The notes under the pieces were generated by a model. It saw nothing but the letters and a program-made list of their open reading frames with translations. It was not told the DNA's origin and did no database searches. A DNA stretch of 64,000 nt from NCBI RefSeq assembly GCF_001194135.2, contig NC_068986.1, positions 61,303,055-61,367,054 on the forward strand, written 5' to 3'. A program made the translations under genes and the position numbers. Numbering within the stretch: position 1 is the first letter of the stretch; each line of letters begins with the position of its first letter. Positions 48,885 through 60,000 of the stretch are shown here, piece by piece. The DNA comes from Octopus bimaculoides (Eukaryota).

Positions 48885-51590
48885 GTAACAAATGTTATGT
48901 GACAAATTTATTGACGCCAGTGGAAAATTTTCCTGAAATTCCAATACAATCAACCATTCTTTCTCACATGGAATTTCATCACATCAGGAACAATCATTTT
49001 GTTTTGTCAACCAATTATTTCGGAGATGTTTATGTTTATGACAGTTTGAACTTACCATACCACAGGAACTAAAAGCATCACAAATAAAAATGCTGTACTC
49101 ATCACAAACAAATATAAACCCTACAGTTCAACAAATTTATATTAATAATCCCTAAGTTGGTGCATATGATTGAGGTCATTTTACCCTAGCATACACATTT
49201 GAACTGGACATTAGAAACACTCCAGAGAGGTTTTTATTTAATTAATCAAAAATGTGAGTACATTTGAGATTTTGCCTTGAAAACAATAAATTTATTCCTT
49301 TCCTGAAAGTAAAAGTTTTTCAAATGCCTACAAAAACCACAACAGTTGTTCACTTCCTATCACCCATCCAGAAATGGATTACTCTTAGAAAGACAACTAA
49401 AAATTATGACTTCTCACATGAACACTCAGAAGAATTTTTATCACCCAATAGGTTTCATGTTATAAGTGAAGATTTCTAGCAAAGCCCAAAAGGTAGTCAA
49501 GAATCTAATGAAAGTAAGATTCTCAAAAACACTTACCCACGAAAATCTATCACACTACAGAATAAATTGGTCATAAATTTATCTAAATTAAAACTTTCAC
49601 CTGACAATGTCATTGTTGTGGTGCTTGGACTGAGTATCTGCCAAAGTACTAAGAATTTTTAGAAGAATAAAGTAGCTCAAGGGCGATTTTAGTTTGTCAT
49701 CACAAGCTGAAGGAATATATTTTTTTGTCAAAATGATGACAAGGACTCAGAAAACTCTATGCTTACTGAAAATGAAAAAGATGAAGATCAAATCTGGCAT
49801 AAATGGATTGAAAAGAGAAGAATTTGATAAAATGATTCTCGAAATGGAGAAAAACAATTTCATTAATAAGGCCAAATCCAGGAATTTATAGACATAAAGA
49901 ACACCTATATTTTATGGTCTCCTTAAGATACACAAGAAGTTCAAAAGATTTCCTCCAATGAGAGCAATTTGCAGTGGGTATGAATGTTGTACAGCCAAAA
50001 TTTCAGAGTGACTGGATGGCATTCTACTCCCTGTTGCAAAAAGATCAAGTTCCTATATTCAAGATACTTTTGATTTTGTGTCTAAAATTAACAACTTTTT
50101 AAAGCACTAAAGTCATGTCATAAACTGTATTCTGGTAACCATGGATGTTTCTTCCTTGTGTTCCAATAGTGACCACAATGAAGTGGTAGGAGCATGCATG
50201 AATGCTTTCAAAAAACGGTCAAACAAAAGTATTCCATCTAATTTCATCTGGAAGCTATTGAGATATGTGTTACAAAGTAACACAATGAAATTTGGACAAA
50301 AATTTTACCATTTGACAAGGGGTTGCAAGCGTGATCATTGCCAGAGCAGCTGTTTGGCTTCCATGCTAGTGGCACGTAAATAGCACCATTTGAGCATGAT
50401 CGTTACCAGTGTTGCTTTACTGGCACTTGTACCGGTGGCACGTTAGAAAATCATTCGAGCGAGGTCATTGCCAGTGCCCCTGGACTGGCTCCTGTGCAGG
50501 TGGCATGTAAAAAACACCATTTTGAGTGTGGCTGTTGCCAGTACTGCATGACTGGCCCTTGTGCCGGTGGCACGTAAAAGCACCCACTACACTCTCGGAG
50601 TGGTTGGCGTTAGGAAGGGCATCCAGCTATAGAAACTCTGCCAGATCAGATTGGAGCCTGGTGCAGCCATCCCCTTCACCAGTCCTCAATCAAATCTTCC
50701 AACCCATGCTAGCATGGAAAGCAGATGTTAAACGATGATGATGATGATGATGATGATTTCCTCAGCTGCCTATTGTAGCCTTTAGATGGAATAAAAATAT
50801 TGGAGAACTATTAATCTCTACATCTGCTTCCAAGAAAACTAACACTGGAGTCTCTGCATGCTGTACCTTGAAAAACGGCTGCAAGAGAGCTAAGCACAGT
50901 TCATTGTGCAACAGCAATCGTAACAGAAATTTTATGATTTACACAGAAGGTGGGATGTGTAGAAATTCCTGTTTGGTGTATGTAACGGAATGCATGAAAC
51001 ACAACTTGATTTATGTTGGTTGTACAACAGAACAATTAATCAAAAGATTCAATGGGCATAGATATGACATCAGGCACAATAACAGTGGTTTGACAGAACT
51101 TGCCAAACATTTTGCATCAAACAGCTGCAATTTTAAAAAAGACCTGAAAGTGCATATTTTCAGAAAATATTCTGACTCTGCTACATTTTTAGTACTCAAA
51201 ATGCATAAGGAGAAATATGTTTATGAGTTATTAACATCACGCCCTGGAGGAATGAATAAAATGACAGAATTTCATCATATTTACACAAAATTGTTTGATT
51301 AAATATTCTTCTTTTTCCTCTTGTTTTTTCTTTTCTTTTCTTTTTCTCTCTTTTCTTTTTTTTTCTTTTTGCCAGTTGTAAACTTGAAAATTGAAAATTG
51401 ATGATGTTATTCCATCAGTGTGGTTGCCCTCATTCATATTTTGGATTTCAATTTCTATAATTTTGAATTTCCATGTATTACATTTCATTTTGAACTCAAC
51501 AAATACAGGCTAGCTGTCGAAATACCATTCAACCAATAAAACACCTATTGCAATCACATCACACTCTTTGTATTGTCTATTTACCTTTGT
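48885..51590 (+). mobile_element. Penelope-like retroelement arm 2: protease + partial RT + C-terminal GIY-YIG endonuclease + 3' UTR
   Basis: Inverted homolog of arm 1. ORF 50868-51302 has LVYVTEC..NLIYVGCT, RFNGHRYDI and PGGMN (Neptune-like GIY-YIG); a degenerate CTCAACAA..GTCGAAATA motif lies near 51495-51525. Confidence 0.9.
50328..50757 (+). mobile_element. RTE 3' UTR fragment inserted into PLE arm 2
   Basis: AGCGTGATCATTGCCAGAGC..CCATGCTAGCATGGAAAG..(GAT)n. Confidence 0.92.
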
Positions 51591-51739
51591 GAAATTATAA
51601 TAACAGTAATGATAATGATGATGATGATGATGATGATGATGGATAAGACAGACATAAAGTGTGGGGATTTAGATATAATGAAATGATTAAGAAAAAACAG
51701 TATACACAGTATGCATTAAAAGAAAGAAAGTATGCATAA

Positions 51740-54700
51740 TATACAACAGTAAGAGAATTAAAAACAAAACAATGATAGTAATGGGGACCTACTGATACAG
51801 GAGGACTTTAGGGATAATCAAGGAACCCCACCATCGAAGATCTCCCTGAATACCAAGGTCAAGTGCCCTCGAACTCCTTTCCTCCAACTCACAGGTGTAC
51901 ACTTAGAGCAATATCATCCACTCTTGCCATTTTTGCAACTTTCACCCACATTTTAATTTACTCAAAGACAGCACCTCCCTATCCACCCTCACTTTCCTTT
52001 TCAAGTGAAACTTGAAAAAGTCAATCAGGTCTTTACCATAGAGGAATGTTTCTGTCCTCATTCCTTTCAACCTCGTCCACCACAGCCACCAGGCAAAAGA
52101 AAATAGCCTTGCCTGCCTGATTAAAGGAGGGTGGCAGGGCAATCATCACTATGGACTCAGCCAACAGACAGCTCTGTCCCACATGTGACAGCAGCTGTTC
52201 AACATAACTCCACAAGTCAGCAATGCCCAGACACTGAGCAAGTGCATGTAGAACAGTTTCATCACCCTATGCACACCTCGGACATCTATGCCCATAGAGG
52301 TTATCTTGAACTGGAAAGTTTGCCAGAATAGACTAGCCAGTTTGTTTATGCTGATACCCAGGGTCCCAAGAATGTCGTTGAACTTCCCTGGTATTAATCC
52401 TTATATATATATATATATATATAGCTAAAGTGGAACATCAACCGATCCTATTGCCCAACTGGTAGAGGGCAGTGAGTACCTGATGGCATTCTAGGTGCCA
52501 GTTGCCCAGTCTTGGTCTATCCTTCACCCAGGACTGCAGCTCCATCAAAGGGACATGTTTCATAAAGATGTGCCACACAAACAGAGCCCACAGATGTTCA
52601 CTATCTAGAAATTATTGCAAATGGCACAACCTGAGTGTGTGTCTGTGAATCAAAAGCCATGGCATGCCTAAGCTGCCACACAGAGGGAGCTGGCAGCAGA
52701 TTGACAGCCTGACCATTGGAACACATCCCTTCCACAAGAAAATAAACAAGAGATGCTCCAAACTAATCAAGCAGTAACTGGGACAAGGTGCAATGATCAG
52801 GTGATAAATGATGCCAGAGGCATTGTAGGCATTTACCACCTCTGCCTGACCTTTCAGAGACAGCTTCCTCTCTGCCCATTTCTGAGTAAGACTGGCCACC
52901 CTGTTCATAATCTCATCCCAATTATTATTCACCTGGAGGTCAGGACTGAACCAGACCCCAAGAAGTTTAATTGGTCTGTCAGTCTAGCATCCAATGACAC
53001 AATCTGATGGTATCAATCTGGCTCTCCAGGTGCCCAGTCACAACCCCACTGACTTGTTAACATTGATTTTGGCCCCTGCAACAAACTCATATTCTTTTAC
53101 AATGAAGCTGACCATCTGCATATGCCAACACTGCTCTTCTGAGTCCCAGTTTGAAAGGGACGTCCCTTAACTGTTCCAACTTCTGCAGCAGTGGCTTGAG
53201 AGCCAACATGTACAGAAGAGGGCAGTCCTGACAGACCGAACATGTGATGCAAAACAGTTCTGATAGGTGGCTGCTTACATTAACCACTGAGCAGATGCTG
53301 CTGTGCATCGCAGCAATCCAGCCTCTTAAAACAGGTCTGAAACACATTAAGGACAGCCTTCAAGTAGCAATGGTCAACCCTATTGAATGCTTTTGACTAG
53401 TCTAAATTGATTGGGGCCCCACCAAAGACAGCTTTAGTTCCAGCCATCTCTATGATGTATTGCGTAAGGTGGAGGTTGTCATGGGTAGACCTGTTCGAGA
53501 CTGTGCACATTTGTACCTCCCTGACCAGACTAGTGACAACAAGCACCAACCTTTCACTAGCACTCTGGCCAAAATCTTAAACTCTGTGTTTAGCAGAGTT
53601 ATGGGTCAAAAATTTCCTAGCACGTCCCCTTGTCTGCATTTTTTCTCAGTAGTGTTAGCACACCCCAGCTAACAGCACTAGGAATTCTGTTCTGTTACTA
53701 GTTATGGTAGATATCTGCTAAAATGCTGCCAAACAAATCTGGTATGAGTATATAGAATTCATAGGGCGGACCATCCAAACTGGGTGATTTGTGACTTGTG
53801 CAATCACTCATCAACTCCTATATTTCAGTGGTCATTATCAGCTTTTCGCAGAATCTCATGTCTGTTACCAAGAGTTGTGGTAAGCCATTCAATTACAAAA
53901 TAAAGTCCACTGCTGTTGTCAACCCATCACCCTCCCCAAACAGTCATGCAAAGTGCTGCTGGAAAGCCACACACATCTGATCAGAACCAAGTAGCACGTG
54001 CCCATCCTGATCCACCAAAGACTTGATTGTGGTTTTGTTGCCATGTCACATCTCTACTGTTCAGGCCCATCAGATAGCTTTAGTTCCTCTATGCTTTAGC
54101 ACATGGGCCTTAGCTCTGACAATGCATCTTTCATGTTTTGCCTCAAAGAAATGGTCAAGGGCCATTCTCGCCACTACCACATTGGTCGCAATGCCTACAC
54201 TAATTGCCTCTTCTAGTTTGCTAACAAGTTTTCTCCTCTAATCTATTTCTTTCTATTGCTAAACACTATCGATTCTACTCTAATCACCCTCTTTAGGGTG
54301 ATCCACTATTGGTTGTTGAAGACTGCCCCTGTCTGCTTAACTAGTTCACTAATCCGGTCCTTGTAGTCTTTGTGTGCCAGTAAGGATGCATTCAACTTCC
54401 AGTAACCAGGTCCCTGTCTATGGATCCTATCTAAATTAACAATGCATATCACAAATTTGTGATCTGTATAGCTGATCAATTTAAACTGTGTACAACCTAC
54501 GCTATCCCTATCCTCTGACCTAACAAATACTCTATCTAAATATGATCTGGATGACCCATTGTAGTTGCTCCATGTCCACACAGGGACATCAGGGAAATTC
54601 AGTCAGTACCTATCAGATAGCTGGAAATTCCAGAGCAGGTTTTTGAAGCTTTTACATCCACTTCTGCTATGTACTAAACCCACATAGTCTTTCCGTGCAT

Positions 54701-57110
54701 CCAAAATACTATTCTAGTCTCTCACTAGTACTAAAGTGCAAGACATTCCCAAGAATGTTTCTAGACACCTGAACAAATCTGGCCTTCCAGCCCCCATCAG
54801 GTCATAAACTGCTACCAGTCACTACCATTCACATTCAGGACCCCCACCTTACCATCCAGGTCCAAGAAGATAGCCCATACTTGAAGATCAAAGGATTTCC
54901 AGAGTAGCAATGCTACACTGCCACCCACTCAGATAGACCACAAGATGTGAATATCTTGTGGTCCCTAAAATATCTTGTGGTCCCTAAAAACGGATACAAG
55001 AGCATGCTTTCAGGAAATTCTTGTTTCACTTATGGTGGCCACATCTTAATCAAGAGACCTGAGATTATTGAGCATGTGACCTTGCTTCCAAGCTGATCCC
55101 AGGTCACGCATATTCACACACCTCACTCTCAGCAGTCACGCTAGTTGGAGAAAGAGAAAGAAGAGGTCACTCACCTTGATTTTTGAGAAGCCCAAAAGTT
55201 CCAGGCCTTTCTACTAGCAAAAGTTTTCTAAAAGTCCTTTCCAAAAGCCTTTTGTCAATTGCTTTTTAAGAAATCCCCACACTACATGAGAATTTTTACA
55301 TGGATTATTTTATAAACATCTGAGGATGCTTTAATTAATAACCTGTCCTTCGGGGTTTTGAGGATGAAATCTTCAAATTCCTTTCCCTTTGTCTCAATTT
55401 TGCTTGTATTTTGATTTACAATATCCATCAATTCACTGTTGCATTTGTTCACAACAGTGAAATTGATGGATATGTTTCACTGACAGGTGGAAGTATTTTC
55501 TTGCTTTTGAAGTTCCATTACTGATTGTTTCTGTGTTTTCATGCTGTTGCTGATGATGTTGCTGTTTTTGTAGTTGTTCTTGTTCTTGTTGGAGTGGTTG
55601 TGAATTGGGCTGCAGCTTTGGTTTTTGTGTATTTTTTTGCTGTGTTCTTTGAGTAGGGCTATGTACCCTCCTCCTCTTTCGTCTACTGTCTTTTGTCACT
55701 GTGATCCATTGTTCAGTCTGCTCTTCTTTCTCTATGTCATTGCTGTTGTTGGTTTGGGAGGTAGAGTGTTCGGGAGAAGTTTGCTTTTCCATGGCCACTA
55801 GGAATAAACTCCTATGTAAACTTGGTTTGGGTGTAGGAGTTTTGAGCACATCCTCATGATTTTGTGTTTGTGGTGCTTTTAGTGTTCGCAGTGGGAGTTT
55901 TGTTTTCCTTGTTTGAGGGCAGAAAACCTTTAAGTCACAGTTCCACATATATGGCATCTTGGTTTTCTACCTTCCATTAACATTGACATGTGAGTGTCAG
56001 CCAATCTGACAGATCAGTTAGGTCAGGTAGCTCATTGATATAGGTTTGCTTACACTGTAAAGTCAGTTCAATACCTATACCTGACCAGTTTTGTTTAAGT
56101 ATTTTCTTTACCTCCAAGATAGTCACTTTGTCTTCCACTAACCAGGTGATAAATATTTCGGGTGGCACATTCATCACCCTAACTTTAGGAAAGTGTTGTC
56201 TGCGATAGCTGGGAATTCAGAAGAAGTCTTCATTCCTCAAGGTCATTGTGGAATGACACTTGGCTTCTTCTTTGGTCCCAAATCTTACTTCAATTGTCCT
56301 AAACTTCTTTCCTTAGGTGATGTGGGTTGTCTGTTTCTACACATGCCCAAGGCATTTTGGGATTTGGCTCTCAAAAGTATTTTCCACCAGGTGCGATTTT
56401 ACTCTGATTCAGTGATATGTAACTGTGCATCTCAAGATATTTTTGGTCACATCAATCAGGTGGAGGGTTTGTGGCTATTCTTCTTCCTTTTGTTTTAACA
56501 ATTTTGCTGGCCAATTTCAATTCTTCTCCATCTATGGGGAAATCTTCCAGATTTCTTGTAGCAATCACAAAAGAAAATCCCATTGCTGCATCGCTTGCTA
56601 CTTTAGCAGCTACAGTAAAGGCAGTTGTGGTAGCAGCAGTGGTAATGATGTTTGCTTGTCTTTTAAAACTTGCTTTGCTTATCTTTCCTCCTCTAAGTTT
56701 CACTTCTTTATTATGAGTATTGCTGCTGACATTGCTGTTGATATTGTTGTTGTTGCCATTGTCACCAAATGTTTAGTTGTTCAGTTGCTGCTTTACTGTT
56801 TTGATGCTGCAGTTTTTGTTTTTGCTGGTGTGGCAGTAACATCATTTAGTGTAGTCAATGCTCTGCCAGTATTCCCCTTTTTCTCCAACAAGAAATGTGT
56901 CCCATCATCAAACATAATGATGACTTCTTTATCAGCTATGTTTCAATATATGTGGAAAATAGTAAAATATTTGCTCTTTCCATTAGTAGATAAAAGTCAA
57001 AGAAATATTGATGTGCACCCCTTGCAAAACAGGGTGTGTTTCTAAATATAAATACTATCAGCGCACTTCAGACAATGTCAGAAATAAGTTGGTGACATTG
57101 TCTGAAGAAA
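51740..57110 (-). mobile_element. near full-length decayed Tx1/L1-like LINE (ORF1 + APE/RT ORF2)
   Basis: ORF1 relic at 55.4-57.0 kb; SYLDRVFV, TDHKF and GYWKLNASLL (APE); CPLLYMLALKPL and LAYAD (RT); WAERKLSLKG; HALAQC C-terminal motif. Confidence 0.85.
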
Positions 57111-57239
57111 GAAAATGGGGCCTTAAAAGACCAAAAAGATTATAAACAAACTTAAAGAGCTTCAAGTTACCATGTTTTTCCCAGCATGGCATCCATAATA
57201 CGAAGGAGGACAACAATGATGATGACAACAAAGGAGAAG

Positions 57240-57425
57240 AAGAAGGGTTCCAAATTTTGAAACAAGGTCAGTGATTTTAGGGGAAAGGTATAGTTGATTA
57301 CATCAACCCTGGTACTTGACAAAAGGATGAGAGGTAAGTTAAACTCAACACAATTTTACTCAGGCTGTAAAGACCTAGAAGGAATGCTAAGCTTTTGTAA
57401 GGTATGCTAATAATTCTGCCAGCTT
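57240..57425 (-). mobile_element. degraded SINE (family 1)
   Basis: GTTGATTACATCAACCC..GGTACTT..AAAGGATGA..TTCTGCCAGCT. Confidence 0.65.
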
Positions 57426-57553
57426 GCTACTATAATAATAATAACTAGTGGGACATGTGAATATTTCACACAATTAATGGTAAACCTATTGGGTTATTTC
57501 TGAAAACTTTATCCAAAAAATCTGAAAGCATAGTCTGCGTTGTGTCTGTATAG

Positions 57554-57560
57554 AAAGATA
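57554..57560 (+). CDS. candidate 7-nt micro-exon E10 (AAAGATA)
   Basis: GCGTTGTGTCTGTATAG|AAAGATA|GTAATT; continues the frame after E9 (R-K-I). Confidence 0.35.
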
Positions 57561-58360
57561 GTAATTTATCTGCTATTCATTGATAAGTGAAAGAAATTGG
57601 AATATGATGATTACTTAATGCACTTTATATACTTTAAGCACAATTTTATAGACTTAATACACAGCACTCATAAAATAAATATTCACTCTCATTTTTCCAT
57701 TTTCCCCATAAACAAAAAACAAAAAAAAAAATATCACCACAGCCACTTGGCTGAAACACATAAATAAATAAAAATACATATAATACAACCTTTAGTTAAA
57801 TTGCATATATCTACCACATAAATAAGCATGACTATTTCCTGGAATTGCACTTATGCACATGCATTAAGCAATGGGTGATATAAAAACTTAGTTCAATCAA
57901 AAAAAAACACTTTTCACTACACACTCACCACCATCATCATCTCTCTCTGCCCCATCTATTTCCTCCTCTCTCTGTGCCCTATCTACTCCCTCCTCTCTCT
58001 CTCTCCCCCTCTTTCTCTGCCTTTCTTTAACCTCACTATCAGAACATCACACCTCCTCTATATCATCAGTACTTTCAACTAACTTTTTTAACCATGTAAT
58101 ATTACATTGCCCCTACCTCACATCATGGACACTTCTCTCTCCTTTTTCTTTCTCCCTCTTTCTGTCTCACACTTCGCCTTATCCTCTTTTTCTCTCTCCT
58201 TTTTCTTTCTCCCTCTTGTTCTCTCTTTCCCTTCAATGGCATGAAAGTGTTACAATTATGTTCCTTCTACATCATGTCATGGACGCTTCTCTCTCCCTCC
58301 TTTTCTCTCTCTGGCTTTTTCTCTCTCCCACTTTTCTTTCTCCATTTTATCTAATCACAG

Positions 58361-58382
58361 GAAAGCATTATGAAAGGGCTAA
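58361..58382 (+). CDS. candidate micro-exon E11 (22 nt): ESIMKGL
   Basis: TTTTCTTTCTCCATTTTATCTAATCACAG|exon|GTAATG; in frame after E10. Confidence 0.4.
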
Positions 58383-58419
58383 GTAATGGAATGACAAGCA
58401 GAATTATTATGAGATAATA

Positions 58420-58605
58420 ATACTTTCTACTAAAGGCACAAGGCCTGAAATTTGGGGGGAGGGAACTAGTCGATTTCATTAACTCCAGTGTTTCACTGGT
58501 TTTTAATTTATCAACACTGAAAGGATGAAACACAAAGTTGACTTCACCGGAATTTTAACTCAGAACATAAAGATGGACAAAATACCGCTAAGCATTTCAC
58601 CCAAC
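58420..58605 (-). mobile_element. SINE (family 1)
   Basis: GAAAGGATGAAACACAAAGTTGACTTCACCGGAATTTTAACTCAGAAC..AATACCGCTAAGCATTTC. Confidence 0.8.
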
Positions 58606-58639
58606 ATAATAATAACAATAATAATAATAATAAAGTGCA

Positions 58640-60000
58640 GAAGAGTATGTGCTCCAGTTTGATCAGATGTAAACCAGGACAAGGCACAACAGTTAGGCAG
58701 TAATATATAACAGAGGCAATGTATGTATTTACCACTGCTACCCATCCTTTCAGGGATAGCTTTCTCTCAGCCCATTTCTGAGTGAGATTGGATACCTTGC
58801 TTGTCACCTCATCCCAGTTCTTCCCCACCTGGATATCCAGACCATACCAGACCCCAAGCAATTTAAGCAGTCCTTCCATCCAGCATTGCATGATACTCTC
58901 TAGGTGCCAAGTTGCAGCTCCATTGACTTTTCTTGGTTAATTCTTTGTTCCTGTCACTGCCTGGTATTCTTTTAAAGCAGTGCCAACCAGGTCTATGTGC
59001 TTGGTGTTCAGTACTATGACAGTGACGCTGTCTGCATATGCTGACACAAATCTCCCATGTCCTAGTTCAAACAGGATGCCTCTCAATGCCTCCAATTTTG
59101 ACAGTAGTGGCTCTAGAGCCAGTATATACAGAAGGGGTGAGAGAGGACACCCTTGATAGGCCAAGAGCATGATGCTGAATGGTTTCAATATGTAACCATT
59201 CACCTAAGCTACCCAGCAGATGTCGCAATACATTGCAACAATCTAGCCACAGAAAGTGGGACCAAAACCAGCTACCATAAAAATGGATGCCAAGTATTAG
59301 TGGTCAACCCTATCAAAGGCTATAGATTGATCCAAATTGATCAGGACCCCACTCATGCCAGCTTCTTTACCCACCCTGTCTGTGATGTATCACATGAGGT
59401 GGAGGTTGTCATGGATGGATCTGCTTGAGATTGCACATTTGCTCTGAAATTGCACATGTTTGCACAATACCTCAACAACAGGCACCAACTACTTTACTAA
59501 CACCTTGGCCAAAATTTTGAAATCTACATTCAGCAGCATTATGGGCCTAAAGTTTTCTATTTCATCCCCTTGTTTAGCTCCTTTCTCATTGCTCCTTGAC
59601 TCACTGAACTACAAATTCTCCTATTCTTCTGCCAGTTGAGGTAGATATCTGCTAAAAGGCCACCAAACAAGTCTAGCATATAAAAGTAAAGCTCATAAGG
59701 CAGATCATCCAAACCAGGTGACTTCCCCCCTTCCTCCATGCAGCCCATCATTGTATCCTGTATTTCCACAGCTGTCACCGGCATTTTGCAGTGCTCTTCC
59801 CCCTTTGCTGAGAGCCATGGCATGCCATCAAGGTAGGAACTGAAGTCCATCCTGAGTTCTGGACTGCCATTCTTCCCAAAGAGTTGGACAAAGTACTGCT
59901 GAAATGCCACACACATTGCTCAGACTTGAGTACCATGTGCCTGTTTTGATCCATCAAAGACTGAATTGTGGCTTTGTTGCCATATTGCACCTCTGCCACT
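58640..60000 (-). mobile_element. Tx1/L1-like LINE RT fragment
   Basis: KSPGLDDLPYE, QGCPLSPLLYILALEPLL, SAYADS and WAERKLSLKG. Confidence 0.88.

Noticed and set aside
54949-54989. 20-bp tandem duplication in the Tx1-like copy
   Set aside because: It is an ordinary slippage mutation in a dead element.
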